From assembly GCF_003231495.1 (NCBI RefSeq), contig NZ_PQWO01000001.1, positions 210,001 through 242,000 of the forward strand: 32,000 nt of DNA. Reading direction: 5' to 3'. Position numbers and translations under genes: made by a program. The notes below the pieces were generated by a model, which was given only the letters and a program-made list of their open reading frames with translations, searched no databases and had not been told where the DNA came from. This DNA comes from Acaryochloris thomasi RCC1774 (GTDB lineage: Bacteria > Cyanobacteriota > Cyanobacteriia > Thermosynechococcales > Thermosynechococcaceae). This document shows positions 1 through 8,798 of the stretch, piece after piece (the stretch's first letter is position 1; each line of letters opens with the position of its first letter).

Positions 1-1887
1 ATCGTAAACCTGCTGTGAGAGGGCATGGACATCCTTAGAGATATAGCTTTTTTCCAGCTCAACTCTAAGCTGCGCCAGCGTTGCTTCTACTTGCGGCTGT
101 GGCAGTCGGGTCGTATGACGCTGTATCTGTCCACCGGGTAGCCTAACGATCACCTCGATTCGATCTGATAGAAGAATGGGGTAAATGAGAGCGGTATCTG
201 CAGCCAAGGGTTGCTGGGCTAAGGACACGATTGAGGCCAGGTCACAGCGTAGAAAATTTTCGAGTTCTACGCGCTGCAGAGTATCAATGACCTCCATTGC
301 CTGCTGTAGCCGAGCATTATTATTGAGATCAGGGGACTGCAGCAGTAAATCGACAAATTGGCGATACACAGGCTCGACGTCGGCCTGAAATGACGCTTGA
401 ATATTGCGGTCCAGGGCTAAGAGATCTCGGCGGTTGTTGGTGAGGGTTGCGATCGCAGCTTCATAGGCATTTAGGGCGGCGTCCCGCTGTCGGCGAGCTT
501 GATAAATCCGTCCCAGCTGCCACTGCCACTGACCCGCTAAGTCAGTTGCCCTAACGGTTTGGGCCTTAACCAATGCCTGCTCTGTCAATCGCTGCGACTC
601 TGCCCACTGCTGATTTTGCTCATAGATTTGCCCCAACAAACCGAGGGCGTGGGACTCAGCACGGGTATTTTGCAGTTCCTGGGCCTGTCGAAGGGCTGTA
701 TTGGCCATCGTGAGTGCCAAGGGCCGCTGCTCTGTGCCTAGACGCACGAGGCTCTGGGTAAAGTGGAGCTGGGCATTGACGGCCTGATAGCTAGTGGGGA
801 GATGGGCAATACCGCGACGACGGAGCGCGGCGATCACTTGATCAATCTGTGGCTTGTCTTGTAAGGACATCTGCCCTGCGGGGGGGGGGGCGTCTTGGTT
901 TTGCTGTAGCTCGATGCCTAGACTGAGCCGATGCAGTTGACTTTGCAACGCTAGAGCCTGAATCTGGGCATCGGAGGAGAGGGCTAAGTCTGCCTGCTGC
1001 CAGTAGGCTAGAGCCTGCTGGGCAGGGGCCAGGGCCGCGTCAGGCAAAATCGCGGCGCTGGTGATTAGGGGCCGTAGGTGCTGATACCGCCGATGCTCCA
1101 GCTTGCCGAGGTTCAACAGCGTGATGGCTCGATCAACCGGTGTTTGAGGCAGAGCTAAACTGGCCTGCAAAATAGTGCCCGCCGCGTCAAGCTGTCCCGC
1201 CAGCCGAAGGCTGTTGCCGAGGGTGCGTAGGCCCACTTGCTTAAGCTGCGGATCAGACTGAGCCTCAAAGTGACGCAGGACAGACCGCCACTGTTCTGGG
1301 GTGGACAGATCGCAATCAGAGGGCAAGTTGCTGGCCTGCAGCAGGGTTTTACAGGCGCGCCGATAAAGTCCTAGCACCTCCATTGCCTGGGCTTGGTTGA
1401 TCCGGCTACCGGCTGTGCCGGTGGCGTCATTCAACTGCTGATAAACGGCGGTCGCCTGCTGCCAGCTCGTGAGGGCGGCTTCCGGTTGCCCTAGAATGAG
1501 CCGCAGACGTCCTTGGGTATTGAGAGCTTGGGCATAGGGCTGCGATGGGCCAGACGATTGCAGGAGAGTGAGACTGGTTGCGATCGCATCTTCTGCCTCA
1601 GACAGCCGCCCCAGCTGCTGATAGGCCAGCGAGAGATAGTTCAAAACGGTGGCATGGCCGAGCACGTCACCTACAGAAAGCAATCTTTCTTGCTCCTGTT
1701 GCCAAATCCTCGCAGCTGCCGAAAACTGACCCTGCCGATATAGCGCGCGGCCCTGAGCAATGCCCTGCGAACTGTCTGCATCTATAGGTATCACTTCTGG
1801 CGTAGAGGATAAAACCTGAGCTGCCCCCAGCAGCATTGCCCCACTCAAAGCCGTCCCGATACACACAGAGGTCAACGAAGAACGCAT
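1..1887 (-). CDS. Secreted TPR-repeat / CHAT-domain protein, N-terminal 629 aa; the 3' end runs off the left edge
   Basis: The frame is open from ATG (1887-1885) to position 1. It is absent from the ORF track because it is edge-truncated. My translation gives MRSSLTSVCIGTALSGAMLLGAAQVLS (signal peptide), then TPR-like helices (ALYRQGQFSAAARIWQQ; LNYLSLAYQQLGRLSEAEDAI; GQIYEQNQQWAESQRLTEQAL). It continues with VEPVYRQFVDLLLQ...MEVIDTLQRVELENFLR...ALIYPILLSDRIEVIV, which resembles the start of CHAT domains. The start lies 22 nt downstream of the TPS gene stop. Confidence 0.7.
   Translation of the reverse strand, partial: MRSSLTSVCIGTALSGAMLLGAAQVLSSTPEVIPIDADSSQGIAQGRALYRQGQFSAAARIWQQEQERLLSVGDVLGHATVLNYLSLAYQQLGRLSEAEDAIATSLTLLQSSGPSQPYAQALNTQGRLRLILGQPEAALTSWQQATAVYQQLNDATGTAGSRINQAQAMEVLGLYRRACKTLLQASNLPSDCDLSTPEQWRSVLRHFEAQSDPQLKQVGLRTLGNSLRLAGQLDAAGTILQASLALPQTPVDRAITLLNLGKLEHRRYQHLRPLITSAAILPDAALAPAQQALAYWQQADLALSSDAQIQALALQSQLHRLSLGIELQQNQDAPPPAGQMSLQDKPQIDQVIAALRRRGIAHLPTSYQAVNAQLHFTQSLVRLGTEQRPLALTMANTALRQAQELQNTRAESHALGLLGQIYEQNQQWAESQRLTEQALVKAQTVRATDLAGQWQWQLGRIYQARRQRDAALNAYEAAIATLTNNRRDLLALDRNIQASFQADVEPVYRQFVDLLLQSPDLNNNARLQQAMEVIDTLQRVELENFLRCDLASIVSLAQQPLAADTALIYPILLSDRIEVIVRLPGGQIQRHTTRLPQPQVEATLAQLRVELEKSYISKDVHALSQQVYD
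880..890. repeat. G11 homopolymer (C11 on the coding strand) inside the TPR/CHAT CDS
   Basis: Direct read: ctgccctgc-ggggggggggg-cgtc. It is in frame here, encoding A-P-P-P-A. Confidence 0.9.
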
Positions 1888-1909
1888 AAGACTCCTAGAG
1901 TAAAAATTG

Positions 1910-4213
1910 TCAATAAGAGTGACAGGGAACAGCAGCCTGAGCAAAGGCATTCGGCGTCACGTTCGGAGCCTGAGCTAGCAGCACAAGATTCCCTCTAGCA
2001 TCTCTTGCCCACCCCTGGGCCTCTTGTAAAGGACGAATGGGAGATGGCAATTTTCGCAGACCAGTGGTCGCTCCTCGCCACCGAGACGGAGCCTTTACGG
2101 CCCGCCTGATAGATGAAGGCCGGAGATCATCCCAGATGCTTTGGCTCCCGATCTCCTGTGGCTCTGAAGGTTTCCCCCCCCGTCGAGTGTGAATGAACTG
2201 GCTGCCCTGCTGCCCGGCTTGGCATCCCTGAGTTAGTACCGCAGTTCGGATCACTTCCGGCAGCGCCACCGTATCCTTACTCGGGTCAATCTCGGGCGTA
2301 TTCACCTGTACCACCCCATCAAGACCAAATCGAGAGTTGGCCGTGATATCGTTCGTCAATCCCGTATCTAAAGGCGGACGACTGAACCCGAGCAGCCCAT
2401 CAGTATTGATAGAGACAGCACCTCCATTTCCGAGAAATGCATCGGTACGAATATCACTGTTTTCACCAGGGACCGCGACCACCAGCGGAGCCGCAATCCG
2501 AATATTGCCTCCATCCCCTCCCGCGTTCCCAATGCCGCCAGAGGTTGAGATCATGCTCTCTTGACGTAGAAGAATATAGTCTGCGGCCCGCAGCACAATA
2601 TTGCCGCCACTGTCGGTTGCCGTCTCTGCATTGAGCAGCCCCCCCTCCAGGCGAATGGTATCAGCAAGAACGCTAATATTACCTGCTGAACCCTCCTCTA
2701 GGCTGCTGACCGTGACGAGTCCCTGATCTTGAACCAAAAGTTGCCCCGTTCTCAATACCAGGCTCCCGGCCATGCCCTCACCCTGAGCTTCTGCAATCAA
2801 GGCACTGGGTTGCAGATCGCCATTCTCATCAATTCCCACCCCCGTCACCAGAATGGAATCGGTGGCCATGATGCTTAAGCTACCTCCATCGCCATTGCTG
2901 ACACCTTGGCCAAAGCCATTTGGATCTGGATCTTCCACAGCCCCCACTGATACCTGGCCACCATTTTCAACCACCAGTCGTCGTGTGGTGATTTTCACCC
3001 GACCGGCATTCCCTGTCGCCCCCGCCACACTCTGGGAAAAGATCGCACTTTGCCCGCGTCGGCTCGGGTTGCGACCACTTACCCGAATCAGATCGGTGGC
3101 ATTAATCACAACCCGACCCGCATCTCCAGAATTATTCTCCCCAACGGTTGAAGAGGTTACTGTGCCACCATCTCTCAAAATAAGCTGACCCGTCTCGATC
3201 AACACCGTTCCTCCACTGACCGGCGCTCGAGTACGTGTTGCCACTTCGCTGTCACCGCTAAGCACAATTCGACCTGGCACCCGAAGGCTAATCGTACCGC
3301 CCTGAAAAGTCATATCCACAGGGTTAGTACTAAGCGTCGCATTGATTTTGGCGTTCAAAAGCGTTAGCTTCTGCCCCTGAACCTGCACCGAACCCGTACC
3401 TCGCCCCCCAGCCGTCACTAATGACCCTTGCGACAAGCGAATATTGCCTAGAGTCGCTCCCTCTGGCACGTCTAATATCCAGTTTTGCCCGACGGCACTG
3501 AGATCTACGCGGCTACCGGGGCCAACGCTCGCTAACTCAACGCGCCCCCGTGCGGCGGTAAGGTTCCCCCCGAGGAGATCTATATCACCGCCCACCAGAG
3601 CCAAGGTTCTGCCTGCATTAACCTGCAGCCCCACTGTTCTATCGCCCAATCGTCTTCGGGAAGAACCTAACCTCCCCGTGGTGCGCGACTGGTTTTGAAT
3701 GGGGGCAGCTGTGGGACCAAATCCAAGACCGATAGGCGTGCGAACAGTCAACAAAGAGGTGGGCTGAGTGGCGCTAAAGCGATCGCCTCCTGCAAACAAG
3801 ATTTGGCTAGCGGTGCTCGCTAAGAAGGAACCGTCCAGACTCAGACGAGCATTGGGACCAAAAAAGATACCGTTGGGATTAATGAAGAAAAGGTTGGCAT
3901 CACTATTTGGGACCCGAATTAATCCGTCAATATTGGAGGCTGCGGAACCTGTTACCCGGCTAATGATGTTAGTGACAGTAGGTCCACTGTTGAAGTCAGC
4001 AGACCCATTTATGGGGACTGAGAAAGTTCTGAAGCTCTGAAATAGATTACCGCCAACTTGCCGACCGCCATCAATATCAAAATTGAGTTGATCCGACGAT
4101 GTAACCTGAGTTCCGACCGTTGCATCGCCTTGAACCTGAGCCTGACCGTCACCAGCCGCCATCCCAAGCACACAAAGGCTAAAGGTTGATAAAAACAGAC
4201 AATTTTTAACCAT
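1910..4213 (-). CDS. Filamentous-haemagglutinin N-terminal (TPS) domain exoprotein, beta-helix repeat protein
   Basis: 767-aa ORF with signal peptide MVKNCLFLSTFSLCVLGMAAG. The TPS secretion domain is recognisable: NFDIDGGRQVGGNLFQSFRTFSV...NIISRVTGSAASNIDGLIRV...ANLFFINPNGIFFGPNARL. A long run of G/N/S/T-rich beta-helix-type repeats follows (GGNIVLRA, GGDGGNIRIAAP). The C-terminus EAQGWARDARGNLVLLA resembles the tail of cyanobacterial FHA-like proteins. Confidence 0.9.
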   Translation of the reverse strand: MVKNCLFLSTFSLCVLGMAAGDGQAQVQGDATVGTQVTSSDQLNFDIDGGRQVGGNLFQSFRTFSVPINGSADFNSGPTVTNIISRVTGSAASNIDGLIRVPNSDANLFFINPNGIFFGPNARLSLDGSFLASTASQILFAGGDRFSATQPTSLLTVRTPIGLGFGPTAAPIQNQSRTTGRLGSSRRRLGDRTVGLQVNAGRTLALVGGDIDLLGGNLTAARGRVELASVGPGSRVDLSAVGQNWILDVPEGATLGNIRLSQGSLVTAGGRGTGSVQVQGQKLTLLNAKINATLSTNPVDMTFQGGTISLRVPGRIVLSGDSEVATRTRAPVSGGTVLIETGQLILRDGGTVTSSTVGENNSGDAGRVVINATDLIRVSGRNPSRRGQSAIFSQSVAGATGNAGRVKITTRRLVVENGGQVSVGAVEDPDPNGFGQGVSNGDGGSLSIMATDSILVTGVGIDENGDLQPSALIAEAQGEGMAGSLVLRTGQLLVQDQGLVTVSSLEEGSAGNISVLADTIRLEGGLLNAETATDSGGNIVLRAADYILLRQESMISTSGGIGNAGGDGGNIRIAAPLVVAVPGENSDIRTDAFLGNGGAVSINTDGLLGFSRPPLDTGLTNDITANSRFGLDGVVQVNTPEIDPSKDTVALPEVIRTAVLTQGCQAGQQGSQFIHTRRGGKPSEPQEIGSQSIWDDLRPSSIRRAVKAPSRWRGATTGLRKLPSPIRPLQEAQGWARDARGNLVLLAQAPNVTPNAFAQAAVPCHSY

Positions 4214-5088
4214 TTAGGAGTGAGAACTGACAGCGTAGTTTGGCCAAGTCATAAACAGATATCGAGCGTGGGATATACCGCTCTTATGACTAAGAGCGCG
4301 AAGAATTTTAATCTGTTATCTATTTCTAACTATGCAGTTAATCACAGTCTGTGCCCATGTTTATGAGGTCTCTCTAATTTTTCAGGGCTTCTTGCCTCTT
4401 GCCCTGACTCAGTTCAAAGGGAAAGAGATGCCCTCGCATCTGTCCTCAAAGCTATTGCTTCCGGAAACGCGACTCGCTCTTCAATCACAAGACAAAGACG
4501 CAAGTCCAAGCAAATTGTCGGTCAACGATTGATGACTTTAGCCCCGAATCTATTGCTTGAAGACAGCTGGGAATACAGATGCCTGCTGTTTCGTAGGAAG
4601 TCTCAAGAAATAATGCAAAGCATACGCATAAAAAATAACTATGGTCCTAGATAGAAATAATAGATAGCCAAAAGGCAGTCATGTCTAAATTCCTTTAGAG
4701 GCTTCTAGAAGCTCTGAATATATTAGAATATAGCTTCTTTTTCTCTGAGATATTCTCCGTTTTGCAGTTATCAAAATTTCTTTAACCTATTCTTTTCTCA
4801 GGCGACTCTCTTTTGATAATCCTCAGAACATAGACAGACTAAGTTTGATGAGGAACTTGGTTTCGAAAAATAGGCATATTTCACTTGTTCAAACAACTGG
4901 TGGCCAATTTGAGCCTGTACAGTTTGCCTTTGGAACCCAAGCAATCAACGTGCTAATTCTTCTGGAGCAGATGAACTTTTTATCGCGTTCGATGTATGCT
5001 TCTACCGTTCGCAGCTTGAGTTTACAGTTCATCCAAAGGCTTCTTCGACGAACTCAGCCTAGAATATGGCTAGCACTGCCTAACCGCA

Positions 5089-7575
5089 ATGGTTGATTCA
5101 GCTCCACCTATTCCACCTGCACCAACGCTGCCTGACTGGACACGGCTGCAGCGATCGCTCGCTGTCGAAGCCGAGCGCGGCTTTAGCGATCTCGAAGGCA
5201 AGGAATTTCGGTTTAGCCAATTCCTCAAGCAAAGCTTAGAAACCTCCGCCGTTCCCTTTTTGAAGCCTGATGAGCAGGAACGCTGGCAGCAAACCGCCGC
5301 CCGCTTTGAAAAATACTCTGAGCTGCCCCTCAACAAACGTCAGCATCTTGTCGCAGAAACTCGCCGTCTGCTCTACCACGCTCAGCAGGATTACCGTCGC
5401 GTCATAGAGCCAGAATCTGCCCCTAAACCCAAGCAACCTAAAACGACATCGCTAGAAACGAAGAATCGAGAGATTACGCTTGATCAAGAACTTACCTACC
5501 TTCCGGGTGTTGGCCCTAAAAGTGCTGATAAACTTGCCAAGCTGGGTCTGTATAGCGTTCGAGATATTCTGTTCTACTATCCACGCGATCACATCGACTA
5601 TGCTCGTCAGGTCAAAATCGCAGACCTCGAGGTAGGGGAAACGGTGACGCTGGTGGCAACGGTGCGTCGCTGCAACTGCTTCAGCAGTCCTAAAAACTCG
5701 AAGCTGACAATTTTTGACCTGACGATTCGAGATGCTACGGGGCAAATTAAACTGAATCGGTTCTTCGCCGGGAATCGGTTTCGCAGTCGCGGTTGGCAAG
5801 AGGGACAAAAGCGGCTCTATCCTCCGGGGGCGATTGTTGCGGCGTCCGGGCTGGTGAAAAGCAGCAAGTATGGCATTACCCTCGATAATCCTGATATCGA
5901 AGTGCTCGATCATTCTGGTGGTGAGATTGACTCGCTCACGGTGGGGCGGGTGGTGCCCATTTATCCTTTAACGGAAGGAGTGCAGCCTGCCTTAGTGCGG
6001 CGAGCGGTGATTGCGGCTCTGCCTGCAGCGAAGAAACTCAAAGAGCCACTGCCGGAAGCTTTGCTCAACAGCCATAATTTAGTAGGTATTGGAGATGCGA
6101 TCGCAAATATCCATTTCCCCGAAAACAGCACGGCCTTAGACCGCGCCCGCCGCCGCCTGATCTTCGACGAGTTCTTCTACCTGCAGCTTGGTCTGCTGCT
6201 GCGGCGTCAACAACAGCGTCAGACTCAACAGAGCAATCCCCTCAGCGCTCGAGGCGAACTCGTGGAGCGATTCTATGATGTCCTGCCCTTTCAGTTCACA
6301 GATGCCCAACAGCGCGTCGTCAAAGAGATACTGACCGATATTGAATCTCCTGAACCCATGAATCGTCTTGTACAGGGAGATGTTGGGGCCGGTAAAACGG
6401 TTGTAGCCGTGGTGGCATTACTGGCTGCGATACAATCTGGCTACCAAACCGCACTCATGGCTCCAACAGAAGTCTTGGCCGAACAGCATTACCGCAAACT
6501 CGTGGAATGGTTTAATCAGCTTCATTTACCGGTGGAGTTACTGACCGGCTCCACCAAAGCCGCCAAGCGCAGAGAAATTGCCAGCCAACTAGAAACGGGA
6601 GAACTACCGCTTCTAGTTGGCACCCATGCTCTGATTGAAGATAAAGTACAGTTTCAGAGCCTAGGCTTAGTCGTCATTGACGAACAACATCGCTTTGGCG
6701 TTCAGCAGCGAGCCAGACTACAGCAAAAGGGTCAACATCCCCACGTGCTGACGATGACGGCAACCCCCATTCCTCGAACTCTGGCGCTGACACTCCACGG
6801 AGATTTAGATGTCAGTCAGATTGATGAGCTGCCTCCAGGACGGCAGGCAATTCAGACCACGATGCTGACGCCCAAAGATCGCACCCATGCCTATGACTTG
6901 ATTCGGCGCGAAGTGGCAATGGGCCGTCAGGTTTATGTCGTTCTACCGCTAGTGGAAGAATCAGAAAAGTTAGATCTTAAATCTGCAATTTCTGAACATG
7001 AACGACTGCAAAATACCGTCTTCCCCAACTTTAAGGTGGGATTGCTCCACGGTCGCATGAAGTCCGCCGAGAAAGACGCTGAAATTAGCCGGTTCCGAGA
7101 TGGCGAGATGCAGGTGATTGTTTCTACCACCGTTATTGAGGTTGGAGTCGATATCCCCAACGCAACAGTGATGCTAATTGAGCATGCTGAACGATTTGGT
7201 CTCTCACAGCTTCACCAGCTTCGGGGCCGCGTCGGTCGGGGTGCTCACCAGTCCTTCTGTCTATTGATGAATAGCTCGAAGAATGAAACCGCTAAGCAGC
7301 GCTTGAAAGTGATGGAGCAGTCCCAGGACGGGTTTTGGATTTCTGAGATGGATATGCGCTTTCGAGGTCCGGGCGAAGTGATGGGGACGCGCCAATCGGG
7401 GCTACCAGATCTGGCTTTGGCAAGCTTAGTGGACGATCAGGAAGCGCTGGAGCTAGCGAGAGATGCGGCGGAGAAGGCGATCGCACAGGACCCAACCCTT
7501 GAACGCTGGCCTCTCATGCGAACAGAGCTGGAACAGCGCTATCAGCGCTTAATGGGTGGCGCTATTTTTACTTAA
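5089..7575 (+). CDS. recG: ATP-dependent DNA helicase RecG
   Basis: 828-aa ORF. It has a wedge/OB region, Walker A GDVGAGKTVVA, the DEQHRFG box, ATPIPRTL, helicase C motifs (VEESEKL, HGRMK, TTVIEVGVDIPNA, QLHQLRGRVGRG) and the RecG TRG-like tail RGPGEVMGTRQSG. Confidence 0.95.
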   Translation: MVDSAPPIPPAPTLPDWTRLQRSLAVEAERGFSDLEGKEFRFSQFLKQSLETSAVPFLKPDEQERWQQTAARFEKYSELPLNKRQHLVAETRRLLYHAQQDYRRVIEPESAPKPKQPKTTSLETKNREITLDQELTYLPGVGPKSADKLAKLGLYSVRDILFYYPRDHIDYARQVKIADLEVGETVTLVATVRRCNCFSSPKNSKLTIFDLTIRDATGQIKLNRFFAGNRFRSRGWQEGQKRLYPPGAIVAASGLVKSSKYGITLDNPDIEVLDHSGGEIDSLTVGRVVPIYPLTEGVQPALVRRAVIAALPAAKKLKEPLPEALLNSHNLVGIGDAIANIHFPENSTALDRARRRLIFDEFFYLQLGLLLRRQQQRQTQQSNPLSARGELVERFYDVLPFQFTDAQQRVVKEILTDIESPEPMNRLVQGDVGAGKTVVAVVALLAAIQSGYQTALMAPTEVLAEQHYRKLVEWFNQLHLPVELLTGSTKAAKRREIASQLETGELPLLVGTHALIEDKVQFQSLGLVVIDEQHRFGVQQRARLQQKGQHPHVLTMTATPIPRTLALTLHGDLDVSQIDELPPGRQAIQTTMLTPKDRTHAYDLIRREVAMGRQVYVVLPLVEESEKLDLKSAISEHERLQNTVFPNFKVGLLHGRMKSAEKDAEISRFRDGEMQVIVSTTVIEVGVDIPNATVMLIEHAERFGLSQLHQLRGRVGRGAHQSFCLLMNSSKNETAKQRLKVMEQSQDGFWISEMDMRFRGPGEVMGTRQSGLPDLALASLVDDQEALELARDAAEKAIAQDPTLERWPLMRTELEQRYQRLMGGAIFT

Positions 7576-7852
7576 ATCTGCTGCGTTGTACAGGATCAAG
7601 GAGAGAGGCTTAAGGAAGGCTACAAACGGCCAAGGCCCAGAAATTGGCTGCAGCGTTGCGATACCTGAGAGCGCGCTTGGCTATCGTTAGACTCTCAACC
7701 CATTGTCTGACATAGCCTCTAGGTATTTTCATGTCTGTGAATATTCGCTAAAAGGGAAAATATAAAGTATTGTTAAGCATGCGGCAGCGTTGTTAGGTTC
7801 TATTTTTGCTGCTGCTTATTAATAAACTTTTTTATTCCTTTGCTGTAGTGCT

Positions 7853-8653
7853 ATGAAATATTCGACTTTTAAAATTTGTTTGACAGGTTTCTTGGCAATG
7901 TTGATGAGTTTGGGGATAGCATTAGGTTCCCCAGCAGCTCTAGCGACCGATACTGCAATATCGTTGCCGACCGAGTCAACTGCAGTTCTCGATTTAGCGA
8001 AGTCACTCACCACAGTTCAAAAAGAGAATCTAGATCAGCGCTTGGCAGACTTTGAACAGGAAACAGGTTGGAAGCTCAGAGTATTAACGCAGCTTGAGCG
8101 GACGCCTCGACAGGCAATCAAAAAGCTATGGAGTCTAGATGACCATAGTGTATTGATCCTAGCCCAGCCACAGGAAGGGAATATCCTCAACTTCAGTATC
8201 GGAGATGCCGTTTACCAGATCTTGCCCCGTAATTTCTGGCTAGAGGTTCAAAATCGCCTCGGCAACAAGTACTACATTCAACAAAATGGCGAAGACCAAG
8301 CAATTCTAACGGCGATCAATTCGATTGAAGTGTGCCTCCGTCGGGATGGCTGCAGCGTCATGCCGGGGATCTCAGATGAGCAGTGGGTCTTTACTCTGAT
8401 TGCATCAATCTTAGGGGGACTCATTTGTGGCTTTGGGGCACAACCGCGCAATGCTGAAGAGCTATTTTCATGGCGATGGGCACTGATGTTTTCCCCACTG
8501 TGGGGTATTTTGTTCTTCGCGTTTGGTGTTGCCCCTGTCATGGCACGTACGTCTGATTGGCTCCCTCTAATGCGAAATATTGCAGGCTTTTTGTTTGCCT
8601 GTATTGGAGTTATTTTGGTCGGCTCTGGTCCATCTACAACAACAGAATCGTAG
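7853..8653 (+). CDS. TPM-domain (Psb32/TLP18.3-like) membrane protein
   Basis: 266-aa ORF. It has a signal peptide (LAMLMSLGIALGSPAALA), a TPM-like core VLDLAKSLTTVQKENLDQRLADFEQETGWKLRVLTQLE, and a C-terminal hydrophobic region with about 3 predicted TM segments. Confidence 0.6.
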   Translation: MKYSTFKICLTGFLAMLMSLGIALGSPAALATDTAISLPTESTAVLDLAKSLTTVQKENLDQRLADFEQETGWKLRVLTQLERTPRQAIKKLWSLDDHSVLILAQPQEGNILNFSIGDAVYQILPRNFWLEVQNRLGNKYYIQQNGEDQAILTAINSIEVCLRRDGCSVMPGISDEQWVFTLIASILGGLICGFGAQPRNAEELFSWRWALMFSPLWGILFFAFGVAPVMARTSDWLPLMRNIAGFLFACIGVILVGSGPSTTTES

Positions 8654-8743
8654 CTGATATTGATGCCTGGCCTGCTGGTTCACGGCACTCGGCATCTGCT
8701 GCTTCACCCCGTTGCTTTTATTCTTTCGCTCCATACTGATAAA

Positions 8744-8782
8744 CAGCCCCAGAGCATCCAGGCGTGCGATGCTCTGGGGCTG
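8744..8782. terminator. Hairpin between convergent genes, candidate bidirectional terminator
   Basis: A perfect 15-bp stem cagccccagagcatc / gatgctctggggctg with a 9-nt loop. It lies 17 nt beyond the stop of the minus-strand XRE gene, where the minus-strand trailer is TTTATCAG. It lies 90 nt beyond the stop of the plus-strand TPM gene. Confidence 0.6.
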
Positions 8783-8798
8783 GAGCGCAATCAAGCAA

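Noticed and set aside
185-1864. Short track ORFs in 185-1864 on both strands (such as 1513-1743 +, 1578-1787 +, 1667-1864 -)
   Set aside because: All are off-frame or antisense to the long edge-truncated TPR/CHAT frame, which stays open for 629 codons and has coherent TPR-like sequence.
2337-4040. Plus-strand ORFs of 65-111 aa inside the TPS gene (2337-2564, 2437-2634, 2853-3188, 3444-3698, 3768-4040)
   Set aside because: These are antisense shadow ORFs within a well-supported 767-aa gene. They are Pro/Arg/Ser-rich and low-complexity, as expected from the reverse complement of G/N/S/T-rich repeats.
5452-5913. 153-aa minus-strand ORF and other antisense ORFs within recG (5070-5336, 5236-5436, 6933-7160, 7292-7495)
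   Set aside because: They lie entirely within the strongly supported recG CDS and show no motifs. They are shadow ORFs.
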